Virus record (IMG/VR): IMGVR_UViG_3300011979_000363
Coordinates: 1-64,000 of that record
Length of the DNA stretch: 64,000 bases
Source of the DNA: a virus
Lineage: Duplodnaviria > Caudoviricetes
Strand: one strand, 5' to 3'
Shown: positions 17,892-27,836 of the stretch, piece by piece
How positions within the stretch are numbered: position 1 is the stretch's first letter
Layout of the letters: every line of letters starts with the position of its first letter
Made by a program: the position numbers and the translations under genes
Notes under the pieces: generated by a model
The model's input: only the letters and a program-made list of their open reading frames with translations
Databases searched by the model: none
What the model was told of the DNA's origin: nothing

Positions 17892-18902
17892 TTAACAGAG
17901 TTTACACTGATCGTGCAAGAAATTATACATGTTCACGTTCTGAGGAAGGATCATGTTCTGCTCACATGTTGCCGGCTTATAAAGATTAGTGGCAATGTTA
18001 TACAGATCCCATACAGTAATGTGTCCATTGTTCTTAGCCATCACCATTGAATCCTCCACAAACTTGTTTATCTGTGTTTGATTCAGTGGATAGACATCGT
18101 TCATTTTGATAGCCTTGTTCTTAGAGTCACAGGCAACTCTTATTGCAGACAACATACCGAAAATCGTCATCATCTCAGATGTTGATACTTCTCTCTTCTT
18201 CATCTGCTCAATTGTGGAGCGTTCTTTGAACACTGTACTCTCAGCACCTTTCAGCCATCCATCAACACGACCAAAGATACCATTCAAATCAGTCTTATAT
18301 TCCTCACCTTTTGCAAAATGGTTAGATATGGTATAATCTGCTACAAATCGTCCATGCCCCAATAGATTCTGATTATGACAAACCTTCACGTTTGTTCCAA
18401 ACCCAACCTGAATGCCTTTCTGAGTATAGCTGATAGCTAAATTCGTTGTAGTCTCTTCATCGTCCCAATCCGTCAGCCTTACATTAGCATACACTCTTCT
18501 CAGTGTCGTTGCTTTAATAGAACGGATACCATACCTTTCCTCAAGTTCTGGATAGAGTGAGACGCCCGGCGTCTGTTTATCCTTATTATTCGTAGCAAAG
18601 AGATCATAAACCTCAGCATGATAACCATGCTTTTCGCACATATCCAGCATACGCTGAATCAGCTCAAAATGATATATACCATGAGGACAACTACGATCAT
18701 CACCACGATTCTCTAAATTTGTGTTCCTCAATTGATCAAGCGTCAACACCTGCACTTTATTCTTCTCGAAATCAAGGAGCTGATTATCCAGCTGCATTGC
18801 AGGTTTAGCTACTTTACGCTGAGATTTCTTAGGCTCATTCTTGGGAATATTTGTATTCATTCCTACCTCAGCTACTGCACTTCCAAAATTCAAATCAATC
18901 AT
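17892..18902 (-). CDS. DUF932/DUF945-like domain protein
   Basis: 336 aa; GIYHFELIQ...LRRVYANVRL...SYTQKGIQVGFGTNVKVCHNQNLL...VWDLYNIATNLYKP, as recalled for Bacteroidales members. Confidence 0.7.
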   Translation of the reverse strand: MIDLNFGSAVAEVGMNTNIPKNEPKKSQRKVAKPAMQLDNQLLDFEKNKVQVLTLDQLRNTNLENRGDDRSCPHGIYHFELIQRMLDMCEKHGYHAEVYDLFATNNKDKQTPGVSLYPELEERYGIRSIKATTLRRVYANVRLTDWDDEETTTNLAISYTQKGIQVGFGTNVKVCHNQNLLGHGRFVADYTISNHFAKGEEYKTDLNGIFGRVDGWLKGAESTVFKERSTIEQMKKREVSTSEMMTIFGMLSAIRVACDSKNKAIKMNDVYPLNQTQINKFVEDSMVMAKNNGHITVWDLYNIATNLYKPATCEQNMILPQNVNMYNFLHDQCKLC

Positions 18903-19027
18903 AGTTCTAAATTTTTGATTAATACTTAATTAACAACTCTTCCAACTGACTTTCAACACTTTCAAGTTCAGTTATCAAAGCAGCGTAGATAGAATACAAT
19001 CTATCTTGCGCTGCCATCCGATTACGA

Positions 19028-19867
19028 TTATTCATTCTCTTTCTTAGGCTTTATATAAAGCTCGCTGTCTTCTCCCCAAAGAGGGATATAACCACAAAGC
19101 TGAGTGGGAGCCTTATAACGTGCTGCCATCTTATAATTTTTCACATCAGCTTCATCTACATCACAATCGGAGAGATTATCATCCCAGCTCAGCTTCCAAT
19201 CTTCAATATGACGTTTATTAAACGCCTGTAAACTTTCAGACGTGTCACCAATGAGCACTATCCCATTCTCTTCCATCTCGCTCAGCAAGCACTTAAACTT
19301 CTTTATCAACTCTTTCTGATCATCATCGAGCTGAATAAGTTTGTTGACACCTACGTGCTTTGTCCGCTTGCCTTCCTTATCAACATCAAACCACTCGCTA
19401 TAAGACAGACATTCATCCCGTTTTTCGTAATAATCGCCTTTCGGAACCAGCGCATCATTCAAATGAGCTTTATAGCCACACTCATTATATATACACTCAA
19501 AACTGTCAACATTAACGATCTCCTGCTTTGGCTCTCCTTCAACCATGTGCCAATATACAAGTTTGCAATCTTTGCATGCCAATTTGTAATTGTCAAACCA
19601 GATAGCTTGCAGCCATGTATCTTTTTCCACCATATTGTTACTGGCATGCGTCCCATCCTCAAAATCTTCTTTCGAGTAGTAAATATGTCCATAATCATCC
19701 TCATCAACCGTTAAGTTACTACCGCTTTTATCGGCTACAATGAGCTGAGAATGCACCTCACCATCAGATATGTTGAAGACCATCTTAACCATCTTATACT
19801 CGATGAGTTCTCCATTGTTCATTACATAAATTGTCTGATTGTGGTTTTCAAAAATTCTTAATTTCAT
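19028..19867 (-). CDS. Hypothetical protein
   Basis: 279-aa acidic ORF. Confidence 0.72.
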   Translation of the reverse strand: MKLRIFENHNQTIYVMNNGELIEYKMVKMVFNISDGEVHSQLIVADKSGSNLTVDEDDYGHIYYSKEDFEDGTHASNNMVEKDTWLQAIWFDNYKLACKDCKLVYWHMVEGEPKQEIVNVDSFECIYNECGYKAHLNDALVPKGDYYEKRDECLSYSEWFDVDKEGKRTKHVGVNKLIQLDDDQKELIKKFKCLLSEMEENGIVLIGDTSESLQAFNKRHIEDWKLSWDDNLSDCDVDEADVKNYKMAARYKAPTQLCGYIPLWGEDSELYIKPKKENE

Positions 19868-19898
19868 TGTTTTTGTTGTTTTAATTGTTTATTAAAGT

Positions 19899-20324
19899 TT
19901 AGTCATTTGCCCATCGAGAAGCTTCCTCAAACTTATGTGTGATCCACCCCTCTTTAGACTGCTTAATATACTTAGCAGCTTTTGTAAGTTCTTCCATAGT
20001 GTTCAGCTCTTTATAATCATGGCTGAACGCATTGTAAAAGCAATAGTACAAAGGAAAGCTAACAGTGTGTTTGCGTGATCGCTTCTCCTTAAATCGCTTC
20101 ATCTCCTCTTCACGCTTGACCCTAAGATCATTATCATCAGGTACGCAAGCTGGCTCTATTGAAAAAGCGTAGCTCTTTCCAGTCCTCTTTCTGATTATAT
20201 TTCCACGCTGAATCGCTTCACGCACTGAGTTAGCCCGCCCAACCTCACGATACCTTCTATAACCATACTTAGTATAACCAAGCTCGGCTTTTATAATATA
20301 TATATTCTTCATACTATTATGCAA
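19899..20324 (-). CDS. Hypothetical protein
   Basis: 141-aa basic ORF; start may be MKNIY at 20312. Confidence 0.62.
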   Translation of the reverse strand: MHNSMKNIYIIKAELGYTKYGYRRYREVGRANSVREAIQRGNIIRKRTGKSYAFSIEPACVPDDNDLRVKREEEMKRFKEKRSRKHTVSFPLYYCFYNAFSHDYKELNTMEELTKAAKYIKQSKEGWITHKFEEASRWAND

Positions 20325-21321
20325 TTTTATTTACCAATTCTTTTAATGTCTCGTTGTTCAAATCATCTACATTTGCTTCTACAAAATTATTAATCACACC
20401 ATTTACAATTTTAGCCTGCTCCAATATCTTCTGACCAAACATGTTCTTGCCTACTCTATATAAGCAGCCTTGTATGCAATAGATACGGCGAAGTTTATTC
20501 AGATTTCCATATACAATCTGAATATCCTTCTTACGCTCTTCTTAAGCCATATCTATGATTTTGTCAACAATGCCGTCAGCTTCACTTATCATGTCATCGA
20601 AGTTATCACTGCCATAATAACCTCCGCAACCGTCTACCCACACATCGTTTTCATCTCTGATCTCCCAGTCATACACCTCACCAGTAACATAGTCGTCATA
20701 GAGTTTCATTTCTTTTTCCATGATGTCATAAGCGTCTTGTTTCCAATCCTCTTTATTCCCATCACGCTCTTCGTTATATTCAACATAAGCGAAACCTACA
20801 GAAGAACAATCCCAACGTGCGTCTACATATCCTTCAGTTGTGCCTAACCAGATTGTAACACCGCTATGATCATACAGACTGATAGGGAGAATAGCTACCT
20901 TGTTGGAGTCCTCCAACATTGACAGCTTTTTCCTCGTGGAAAAATATCCATAGGAAAGCTCGCTCGCCACTTCATCCTCGCTCCAGCTATTAAAGAAGCC
21001 GACAGAATCGTGTATTTTGTTCCCATGTCTGTCTATCATATCAAACTCATAGCCCCAGCCGTCATCGTCCGTGAATTTAGTGGCTTTCAGCTCTTTCACA
21101 AACGTATCAATGACCTCTTTAGAAGAGATATATTTGTCAAATAGTTCATTGACTGTGCCCTCAATATCCTGTCTGTCACCCAAATCATGCCCCGGATAAT
21201 TGATAACAAACACAGCTTCGTTGTCCCATGTCCGTGGGTTATCATCAACTGTGATTTCATCACGATAGATATTGATCGTATAGTTGTCACGTTCCTTTGT
21301 CTTAACTACATCGTTGCTCAT
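20317..21321 (-). pseudogene. Hypothetical gene split by one in-frame TAA (20542-20544)
   Basis: The 259-aa ORF stops at DMA*; the same frame continues 74 sense codons (EERKKDIQIVYGN...LVNKIA*) to 20317. Confidence 0.6.
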
Positions 21322-21352
21322 ACTACACTATTTTTAATCAATTCAACCATAC

Positions 21353-21652
21353 TTAGCCTTTATAATTCTCTAAAATCCACTCAACCAACGCTTCTCGGTT
21401 AATATCATCCAGTTCTTGATAGAACTTAGGAAGATACGCTTCTGGATTAACTGCTTGGGTAGCGTTACGCCATTTATCAACGGCATGATTAATCCCAAAC
21501 GTCCAATGCACTTTTGCAATGAACTCAGGAACCTCAATATTACTAACCTGCCCATATATATCTTTGGCTTTTGCTGAGACGAACCTATAGTTCCATGAGT
21601 AAAATAGGAACTTATTGATTGCTTCAAACCCTTTCTTATTTTCGTCTTTCAT
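21353..21652 (-). CDS. Hypothetical protein
   Basis: Likely start MKDENKK. Confidence 0.68.
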   Translation of the reverse strand: MKDENKKGFEAINKFLFYSWNYRFVSAKAKDIYGQVSNIEVPEFIAKVHWTFGINHAVDKWRNATQAVNPEAYLPKFYQELDDINREALVEWILENYKG

Positions 21653-21653
21653 T

Positions 21654-23087
21654 TTATATAGCTTTTTTATAGTATTCAATTGGACACGGCAAAGCAATAA
21701 TGTCAGCATTGACTTTCAAATTTGCCCTCCGTATAAACTCACCCATATTATCGTTTAAGATATTCACAATCTCATCATGCCATTGAGACGGATCGTTCCT
21801 ATGTCCACGGCATTGGATCAGCTTACCATTCTTAATCAGACTAATCTCAGCCGTTTCCGTTTTCTTCCCATCATGTTCAATACTGAGCAGCAGCGCATCT
21901 TTCTTGCCATAGTAAGTGACAATACAATGATGCATCTCATCAGCCTCCGCCTTGAAATCACTCATTGAACACAGTGGCTTGACAGTGAATGCTCCGCAAT
22001 GTATCTCCATGTCTCCGAAACGCTTGGTGTACATAGAGACCCACTCTTGCACTTCTTTATTGTACTTGTCACGTCTGCGCATGTCGTCATAATGCCTTTG
22101 CTCAATCATTCTGCGCTCTTCCTCATCACGTCTCTTCTGCGCAATATGATGTATATGCTTGTGCTCAGTCTGAAAGTTTGCGGGGAAGAGTATCTGAGGA
22201 TTGTGGGTGTCTTTATGTAGATATTCCAGATCTTTTATATAGTCTTTCATGTCGCTCCACTTCTCTCTCGTATCAAACTTAACGTGATGACGATTAGCCA
22301 ACTTAACGATCAGCTTTATTAAATCGCTGCCTTCTTCAAACTTGCCATTCACGCATAAGTCTCTATAGGCTCCACGCAACACATCATCACATATCGCATA
22401 CTGTCCTGTCTTATAAAGCATCTCGAACCAATTGCTTCTCAGTAATGCCACACACTGCTCAAACTCACCTCCAACAAACTGATGTCTAATGCTCCATCCA
22501 TTTCGTCTTAATATCGGAAGAATGCTTTGTACAAGACAAGCAGTATTTGCCAAATAGCGAGTAAACACACTATACCGGCGTACCTCCATATCAGACCAAA
22601 ATTGCCATTGGTCGATTTGATAACACAATGTGCAACGTGACTTCTCAATGCTGACGATCTTGCCATCAGTACTTAACCACTCACAGCCAACAGGACGAAC
22701 AAAATATTCAACCTTATGATGCACCGGGGTATTCCAGTCAACCGTTATGAAACGATGTATCATAAACCATCGCCCTACCTGATAGCCTCCTTTTGTTGTA
22801 AGGATCAAGAAGTATTCCTTATCGCACTTCTGTTTCCTATGCCACACGTCAAGCTCTTTATAATTGGTCTCAGAAGCACTCACCTTTGTAACATCTTTGA
22901 TGGACTTCCCCTGTGACTTCCAGGCCTTTTGATTGTTCGGATTATAGAAATAATTCCGATAGCAAAAAACCGGAAGTTCCTCATCAAAACAATGCTTGTA
23001 GGCATACTTTGCCTGCCTATCTGTAAGAGCTGGAAAGTGATTGCTCCACTCCACCAGCTTCTCTTGTATTTTGCTTCTTGGTTTCAT
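21654..23087 (-). CDS. PcfJ domain-containing protein
   Basis: MKPRSKIQ start; WSDMKDYIKDLEYLHKD...P..F..EH; C-terminal FKAEADEMHHCIVTYY...LLLSIE...ETAEI...LIQCRG..N. Confidence 0.88.
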   Translation of the reverse strand: MKPRSKIQEKLVEWSNHFPALTDRQAKYAYKHCFDEELPVFCYRNYFYNPNNQKAWKSQGKSIKDVTKVSASETNYKELDVWHRKQKCDKEYFLILTTKGGYQVGRWFMIHRFITVDWNTPVHHKVEYFVRPVGCEWLSTDGKIVSIEKSRCTLCYQIDQWQFWSDMEVRRYSVFTRYLANTACLVQSILPILRRNGWSIRHQFVGGEFEQCVALLRSNWFEMLYKTGQYAICDDVLRGAYRDLCVNGKFEEGSDLIKLIVKLANRHHVKFDTREKWSDMKDYIKDLEYLHKDTHNPQILFPANFQTEHKHIHHIAQKRRDEEERRMIEQRHYDDMRRRDKYNKEVQEWVSMYTKRFGDMEIHCGAFTVKPLCSMSDFKAEADEMHHCIVTYYGKKDALLLSIEHDGKKTETAEISLIKNGKLIQCRGHRNDPSQWHDEIVNILNDNMGEFIRRANLKVNADIIALPCPIEYYKKAI

Positions 23088-23092
23088 ATCGT

Positions 23093-23488
23093 TTAGAATA
23101 AGTCAAGTTCAAAATCTTTCCAACCATCATCCTCCTTAGGCTGCTCAGCAGGCTGCACTACCGCCTCTTTAGGTTTTCTGCCACGCTTTGCAGCAGGCTT
23201 CTTATCACTATCAGTTGTTGTGTGAGCAACCTTAACATCACTCGCATCCTTAACGTCAACCTTAATGTCGTCTTCGTGGAAATAATGCTTTACCATGCAA
23301 TACACATCAGCATCAGAGATGCCCGCAACCCCACCACTCTGAGATTTTCGTGCCTCTCCAATGATGTAATTGCAGCACTCTTTCACGCTTTTGTTCTTCT
23401 TTGCATAATCGACTGCAAACTCTTTGTCTGTCTTTACCTGTTCCATGCAATACTTCTGAATTGCATCCTCAAAACTGTACTGTGCCAT
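23093..23488 (-). CDS. PcfK-like protein (AcrIIA9-related family)
   Basis: FEDAIQKY...DKEFAVDYAKKNKSVKECCNYI...SDADVYCMVKHYFHEDDI; directly upstream of PcfJ. Confidence 0.85.
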   Translation of the reverse strand: MAQYSFEDAIQKYCMEQVKTDKEFAVDYAKKNKSVKECCNYIIGEARKSQSGGVAGISDADVYCMVKHYFHEDDIKVDVKDASDVKVAHTTTDSDKKPAAKRGRKPKEAVVQPAEQPKEDDGWKDFELDLF

Positions 23489-23523
23489 ACGATTAAATAA
23501 ATAAGATTAAACATGTAAATCGT

Positions 23524-23575
23524 TCCTCAGGCATGACTCGAACATGCTGCCACCCACCTGAATATGGACTGAGGA
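23524..23575 (-). ncRNA. tRNA-like minihelix (7-bp acceptor stem + 5-bp T-arm, TTCGAGT loop)
   Basis: TCCTCAG-21nt-GCATG-TTCGAGT-CATGC-CTGAGGA-ACGATT; too short for both D and anticodon arms. Confidence 0.6.
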
Positions 23576-23583
23576 TTTGGACT

Positions 23584-24291
23584 TTAAGTGTGGATCTCCC
23601 AATTATCTTTATCTACGTTGTATATAATTCCACCGCTCAACTCAATCTTTCCATTTCTCGTCTCTGAGAATGTGAAAGAATAGTCCATGAAGTAATCTTT
23701 ACCAACCCAGATTACTTCATTGACAGCCGTGCGACTATATTCCCGGAAGCGTCTCAATATCTTCAAAAGGTTGGGGTTCTTTCTACCCAACCTCAAGGCG
23801 GATTTTTTAGCCTCATCAGTTGTAAAGCGAACGGGGATATGCTTGTTATAAGCGGACTGTTCACTCTCAAAATCCTTTAAGATTTCCATCCCAACAGTCT
23901 TCAAGTGATTCCATCTGTTTTCAACTGCGTCCCTTATCACATCATGCTCGCCTGTCAGCTCAACAAGTTTTCCCTTGTTCTGAACATCATGGAAGTAGAG
24001 AAACACACGCGCATCCTTGATGTCAATATAATGAATGATGTCAGACACTTCTTTATCTTTGTCACGCATAAAGACAAAACGTGCAGCTTCATTCTTTCTG
24101 AGATCGTTCTTAAACTCTTCCTCATCGAATGTTCTCAGATTTGTTCCATATTTACGGACACTCCACAAGAAGTCCGGAATATAGTCAAAAGACGACAATC
24201 TCCTCAGATCATAAGTGTAGTAATCACTCTTATAATCTGTTACGGTCTTGTCAACGACCTCTATCATTTTCTTTAATATTCTCTCTTCCAT
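23584..24291 (-). CDS. Hypothetical protein
   Basis: 235-aa ORF. Confidence 0.72.
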   Translation of the reverse strand: MEERILKKMIEVVDKTVTDYKSDYYTYDLRRLSSFDYIPDFLWSVRKYGTNLRTFDEEEFKNDLRKNEAARFVFMRDKDKEVSDIIHYIDIKDARVFLYFHDVQNKGKLVELTGEHDVIRDAVENRWNHLKTVGMEILKDFESEQSAYNKHIPVRFTTDEAKKSALRLGRKNPNLLKILRRFREYSRTAVNEVIWVGKDYFMDYSFTFSETRNGKIELSGGIIYNVDKDNWEIHT

Positions 24292-24292
24292 A

Positions 24293-24562
24293 TCACTTGA
24301 TGTTTGTCACCATTACGCCAAATTTGTCCCTTAATCGCATGTAATTATAGCCAGACGACTGAATACGTTTGATTACAATGTCCCATGCTTTTTCAACGAT
24401 ATACCAAGGAACAATAATAGCGTTGTTCCGCCCCTCAGTATACATGCCCTCAATCTCAATGTCACACACCTTGCCAATAATTTTATGATATGGCACGTCA
24501 ACCTTCTCAGTGTATTGATTGGGGTTATCAAACACTGAAAGGATAAGCTCTCTTGCGTTCAT
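24293..24562 (-). CDS. Hypothetical protein
   Basis: 89-aa ORF. Confidence 0.62.
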   Translation of the reverse strand: MNARELILSVFDNPNQYTEKVDVPYHKIIGKVCDIEIEGMYTEGRNNAIIVPWYIVEKAWDIVIKRIQSSGYNYMRLRDKFGVMVTNIK

Positions 24563-24812
24563 ACTGCAACTCTTTTAATGTTTCTACGATTGTGATAATA
24601 GGAAGAACTTCCTACTTTAACGGCTTGGTAATTTTCACCAAACCATGTTTTGAACTGCGATACAGGTGCCAACTTTCCATGCACCACTGTAGTCTTTATA
24701 TGCTGTCTCATGTCGAACTTGTTTAATCAATTAAGGCGGTCACGAAAACCGCAACCGCCCTTTAATAGTACACCAAACTCTAAAAAGTTAGGCACACTTG
24801 AATATTTAACAC

Positions 24813-25388
24813 TTACTTAGCTTTCTTCATGTAGTTCTCGTCCTTGACAACACGGCACCCCATCGCCTTTGCAAGAGCATGTCCCTTGTCGTTCTTCAAG
24901 AACCAGCCATAGTTCTCACGGAATGAATGGCTGCCAGTGGTTTCCATGATGTCGTCCTTAATAGCCTTGGTCTCACCACGAAGAAGTACACACTTCTCAC
25001 TGTACTGATAGAAGTGGATGTCCATCTTCTTAATGTCAGCCTTCGTAAGACTGGCAATCTTCAGTTGTTTGGTCTCCTTGTGCTCACTCTTTGTAGTCGT
25101 TGCTGCCTTCTTCGTAGACTTACGCCCATGCTTAGGCTTCTCAACGATCTCTTCAGCCTCAGCCTCCTCAACCTGCTGGGGCTTTGCGTTGATGCTGATG
25201 CTTGTTGTGCCCTCAGTTGTGGGCTTCAACTCCTCAAAGCGTATCTTTGCAGCCGCATTGATCTCTGCAACCATACCGCCTGCCATCTGGCGTAATTCTT
25301 CCACGGTCTTGAGCTGCTTGAAAGCGTTGTAAAGCTGCTCAGCGTTGAAATACTTGTTCTCGTTGTTGTTCATGTTGTTCGTCTTCAT
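24813..25388 (-). CDS. Hypothetical protein
   Basis: Likely start MKTNNM; Lys/Thr-rich linker; C-terminal YQYSEKCVLLRGETKAIKD domain. Confidence 0.68.
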   Translation of the reverse strand: MKTNNMNNNENKYFNAEQLYNAFKQLKTVEELRQMAGGMVAEINAAAKIRFEELKPTTEGTTSISINAKPQQVEEAEAEEIVEKPKHGRKSTKKAATTTKSEHKETKQLKIASLTKADIKKMDIHFYQYSEKCVLLRGETKAIKDDIMETTGSHSFRENYGWFLKNDKGHALAKAMGCRVVKDENYMKKAK

Positions 25389-25434
25389 AATAACGTTTGC
25401 CCTATTACGTGTCGGGTCTAACTTTGTAAATAAA

Positions 25435-25641
25435 TTAATGATCAAGATTTATGGAGTTAATGATAAGAAAATTCACTCTGTGCCACGCTCTCCAAAATTT
25501 ACGTGACTGAGGAATATATGAAGGACTGTACCAAACAGCCGCTCCATACACGACTGAAAACAATGTGACTATAACATTGTCAGTCATCAGTCCAATTACA
25601 ACAGGCGCTATAATCAGGCAACCAAGGATATATATTTTCAT
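25435..25641 (-). CDS. Small membrane protein
   Basis: Two hydrophobic segments. Confidence 0.58.
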   Translation of the reverse strand: MKIYILGCLIIAPVVIGLMTDNVIVTLFSVVYGAAVWYSPSYIPQSRKFWRAWHRVNFLIINSINLDH

Positions 25642-25770
25642 TTCTCGTTCATATCAGCCATTGCAACTCTTTGGGCTGCTTTCAATTCGTGTGCAGCCTT
25701 GAAAACGTTCTCATGGTAAGCACCTGCAACAATCAGTGCAAGCGCTAAGATTGTAGACTTTTGTCCATTT
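25640..25770 (-). pseudogene. Small gene with probable 1-nt frameshift in an A-run
   Basis: ATG GAC AAA AGT CTA CAA TCT TAG stops at once; the adjacent frame reads KSTILALALIVAGAYHENVFKAAHELKAAQRVAMADMNEK*. Confidence 0.45.
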
Positions 25771-25822
25771 TGGAATTTGCTCTAATTACGTGTCGAGGCT
25801 AACTTCTATAAAAAACAATCGT

Positions 25823-25869
25823 GGACTGCGGCGGTTTCTCTCCGCCTACAAAGATTATTTTAGCAGTCC
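25823..25869 (-). ncRNA. tRNA-like minihelix (7-bp + 5-bp stems, 7-nt loop)
   Basis: GGACTGC-16nt-GGCGG-AGAGAAA-CCGCC-GCAGTCC-ACGATT; same geometry and 3-prime tail as 23524-23575. Confidence 0.55.
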
Positions 25870-25876
25870 TTCCTCC

Positions 25877-26389
25877 TTAATCATCTAAACCCGATTCCAT
25901 CCCCCAACAAGCATGAAGTAACTCATTGAACTCTGCTCGCACACTCTTGTTCGTGTCAAGAACGTGCTCAAACTCTGCTGCAATTCCGTTGTCTGAGTCA
26001 AAACAATCGCTCCACTCAGCATCCCAATAACAGGATGCTAATGCTTTTAAGCGACAGCCCAAACAATCGTGCTTATAATCGTATTCATCGCTCCACACTG
26101 AAAGGATATGCGACTCCTTGGGGTACAGCTTAGCAAAATCAGCACGCAACCCCTTAACGCTCATTGCCTCCCAAAACATAGAGTCAATAACTGCACACTC
26201 CTCATCAGTGCAATCATACATCGCCTGAGAGTTAGCACGCTCACGCTTCACTAACTCCACACGCACGGCTTTTCGTGGATGATTAGAAGCATAAGCATCG
26301 GCTGCATAATGCAAGCCTGCTGCGACCATACACACCACTGTTACCACACCCATCATTTGCTTAATCATAAGCTTGTTGTAATCTTTCAT
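25877..26389 (-). CDS. Hypothetical protein with N-terminal signal/TM segment
   Basis: 170 aa; hydrophobic residues 13-30. Confidence 0.65.
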   Translation of the reverse strand: MKDYNKLMIKQMMGVVTVVCMVAAGLHYAADAYASNHPRKAVRVELVKRERANSQAMYDCTDEECAVIDSMFWEAMSVKGLRADFAKLYPKESHILSVWSDEYDYKHDCLGCRLKALASCYWDAEWSDCFDSDNGIAAEFEHVLDTNKSVRAEFNELLHACWGMESGLDD

Positions 26390-26395
26390 GTTATT

Positions 26396-26701
26396 TTAAG
26401 CGTTAACGATATTCTTGAAAATCTCTTTAGCCTCGGCTACAATCTTTGCGGTCATATCCATGATTACACGGCTGCAACTTGGCACTTCACCATAACCGAT
26501 GCTATAGATAAATGCAACCTCCTCCACAGTCGTGCCGCGCAACAACTCAGAATAAGCATCCTGATACGCGCAGTCCAAATCTGATATGTAATTGTCAGCG
26601 CGACCTCTATTATCTCTGCGCTGCATCATATCGATTATTTTCTGCATCATTTTCTTGTTTGTCATATCTATTCGCAGCCCCCACACAAGAGCGTGCTGCA
26701 C
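26396..26701 (-). CDS. Hypothetical protein
   Basis: ORF; start may be MTNKKM. Confidence 0.6.
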   Translation of the reverse strand: MQHALVWGLRIDMTNKKMMQKIIDMMQRRDNRGRADNYISDLDCAYQDAYSELLRGTTVEEVAFIYSIGYGEVPSCSRVIMDMTAKIVAEAKEIFKNIVNA

Positions 26702-26717
26702 GTGCTTTAGTCGTTTA

Positions 26718-27083
26718 TTAATAATTCTTGTGATGGCTGTATACGCATGTTAAACGGCTGCCATCAAACCGCCTAACTGAGACCACCTTGCCCATGCTGG
26801 TCTTATCGTGGCCACCACGGGCGCAATGTTTCTTGAAACGTCCGCCTGTGGCGCATGCCTTGACTCTTATATACAAGTGCTCAGACTTGCGCTTCTCACG
26901 TGCGATCTTACGCTCACGTGAACGGATCGCCCTTGCTGCCTCTTTCGGCGTTCCATACTCTATGTAGAAACGTTCATCACGGATCCGCTGTATTGCGTGC
27001 GCCAGAGCTATTGCCTCCCTTCTTGACTTGCAACCTCCTGCTTGCATAATGTGCGACTTAACCGATAATATGTCGTAGGACAT
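26718..27083 (-). CDS. Hypothetical basic protein
   Basis: 121 aa, Arg/Lys-rich. Confidence 0.6.
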   Translation of the reverse strand: MSYDILSVKSHIMQAGGCKSRREAIALAHAIQRIRDERFYIEYGTPKEAARAIRSRERKIAREKRKSEHLYIRVKACATGGRFKKHCARGGHDKTSMGKVVSVRRFDGSRLTCVYSHHKNY

Positions 27084-27151
27084 GGTTAGTGGGTGTGGGG
27101 GACACGACCCCCCACTGAGCAGATAACGTCACTCTGCACCCTTAGAAAACC

Positions 27152-27814
27152 TTAGGCAGTCTTTACGTTGAGATCGATGGGTGCTGTCACCTTCTTCTCA
27201 GAGATCACCCAATTGCCATTTGCAGTCTTGGCAACGTGCACCCAATTGGCGTGGTCATTGTCGCCCATGTTGATGTACCCCTCGGCCAGCTTGTTGGCTT
27301 CCGATACGCTGTCTGCGACCTCCTTCTTCGTGTCAGCAAAGTACTTGCTATCGTACAGGCCTTGCAGTATAAGGTCAGCAGTGACCTTCACGTCTGTAGA
27401 CTTGTCAAAAGTTGGATCGTTGGCGTTCTTCATGGACTTCCACTCCCACACCTTCACGGCTGAGGACTTGGCCTCCTCCTTGTAGAGAGCGTAGTCTTTT
27501 TCCGCTATGCAGACCTTAACGGCTGCCTTCTTGCGGACAAAGTATTCACGCTTGTCCACTGAACCCTCAGACGTGAAGCCGGCATACCATGCCTTCTTAA
27601 TGTCGGTAGCCTTCACTACCCCATTCTTCGATGATGGAATGTCGAGAATGTTCCATGCCTCGTGAGCGGTACATGTCTGAGCGTTCTTGCCCCTGCCGAT
27701 GGTAAGGGTTTGACAGTCGTTCAACTGCTTCGTCACCTGCTTCCAAGTGTAGGCCTGAGCCTTCTTTGCACTCACTACCTGCTTTGTTGTCTTCTTGTCT
27801 TCTGTGTACATCAT
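27152..27814 (-). CDS. Hypothetical protein, first gene of the early operon
   Basis: 220 aa; strongly biased codon usage (AAG, GAC) suggests high expression. Confidence 0.75.
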   Translation of the reverse strand: MMYTEDKKTTKQVVSAKKAQAYTWKQVTKQLNDCQTLTIGRGKNAQTCTAHEAWNILDIPSSKNGVVKATDIKKAWYAGFTSEGSVDKREYFVRKKAAVKVCIAEKDYALYKEEAKSSAVKVWEWKSMKNANDPTFDKSTDVKVTADLILQGLYDSKYFADTKKEVADSVSEANKLAEGYINMGDNDHANWVHVAKTANGNWVISEKKVTAPIDLNVKTA

Positions 27815-27836
27815 AGTTGTAAAATTTTATGGTTAA

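Noticed and set aside
24559-24711. Suspected frameshifted gene
   Set aside because: On re-reading it is an intact 50-aa ORF (MRQHIKTTVVHGK...KRVAV*), below the ORF-track cutoff.
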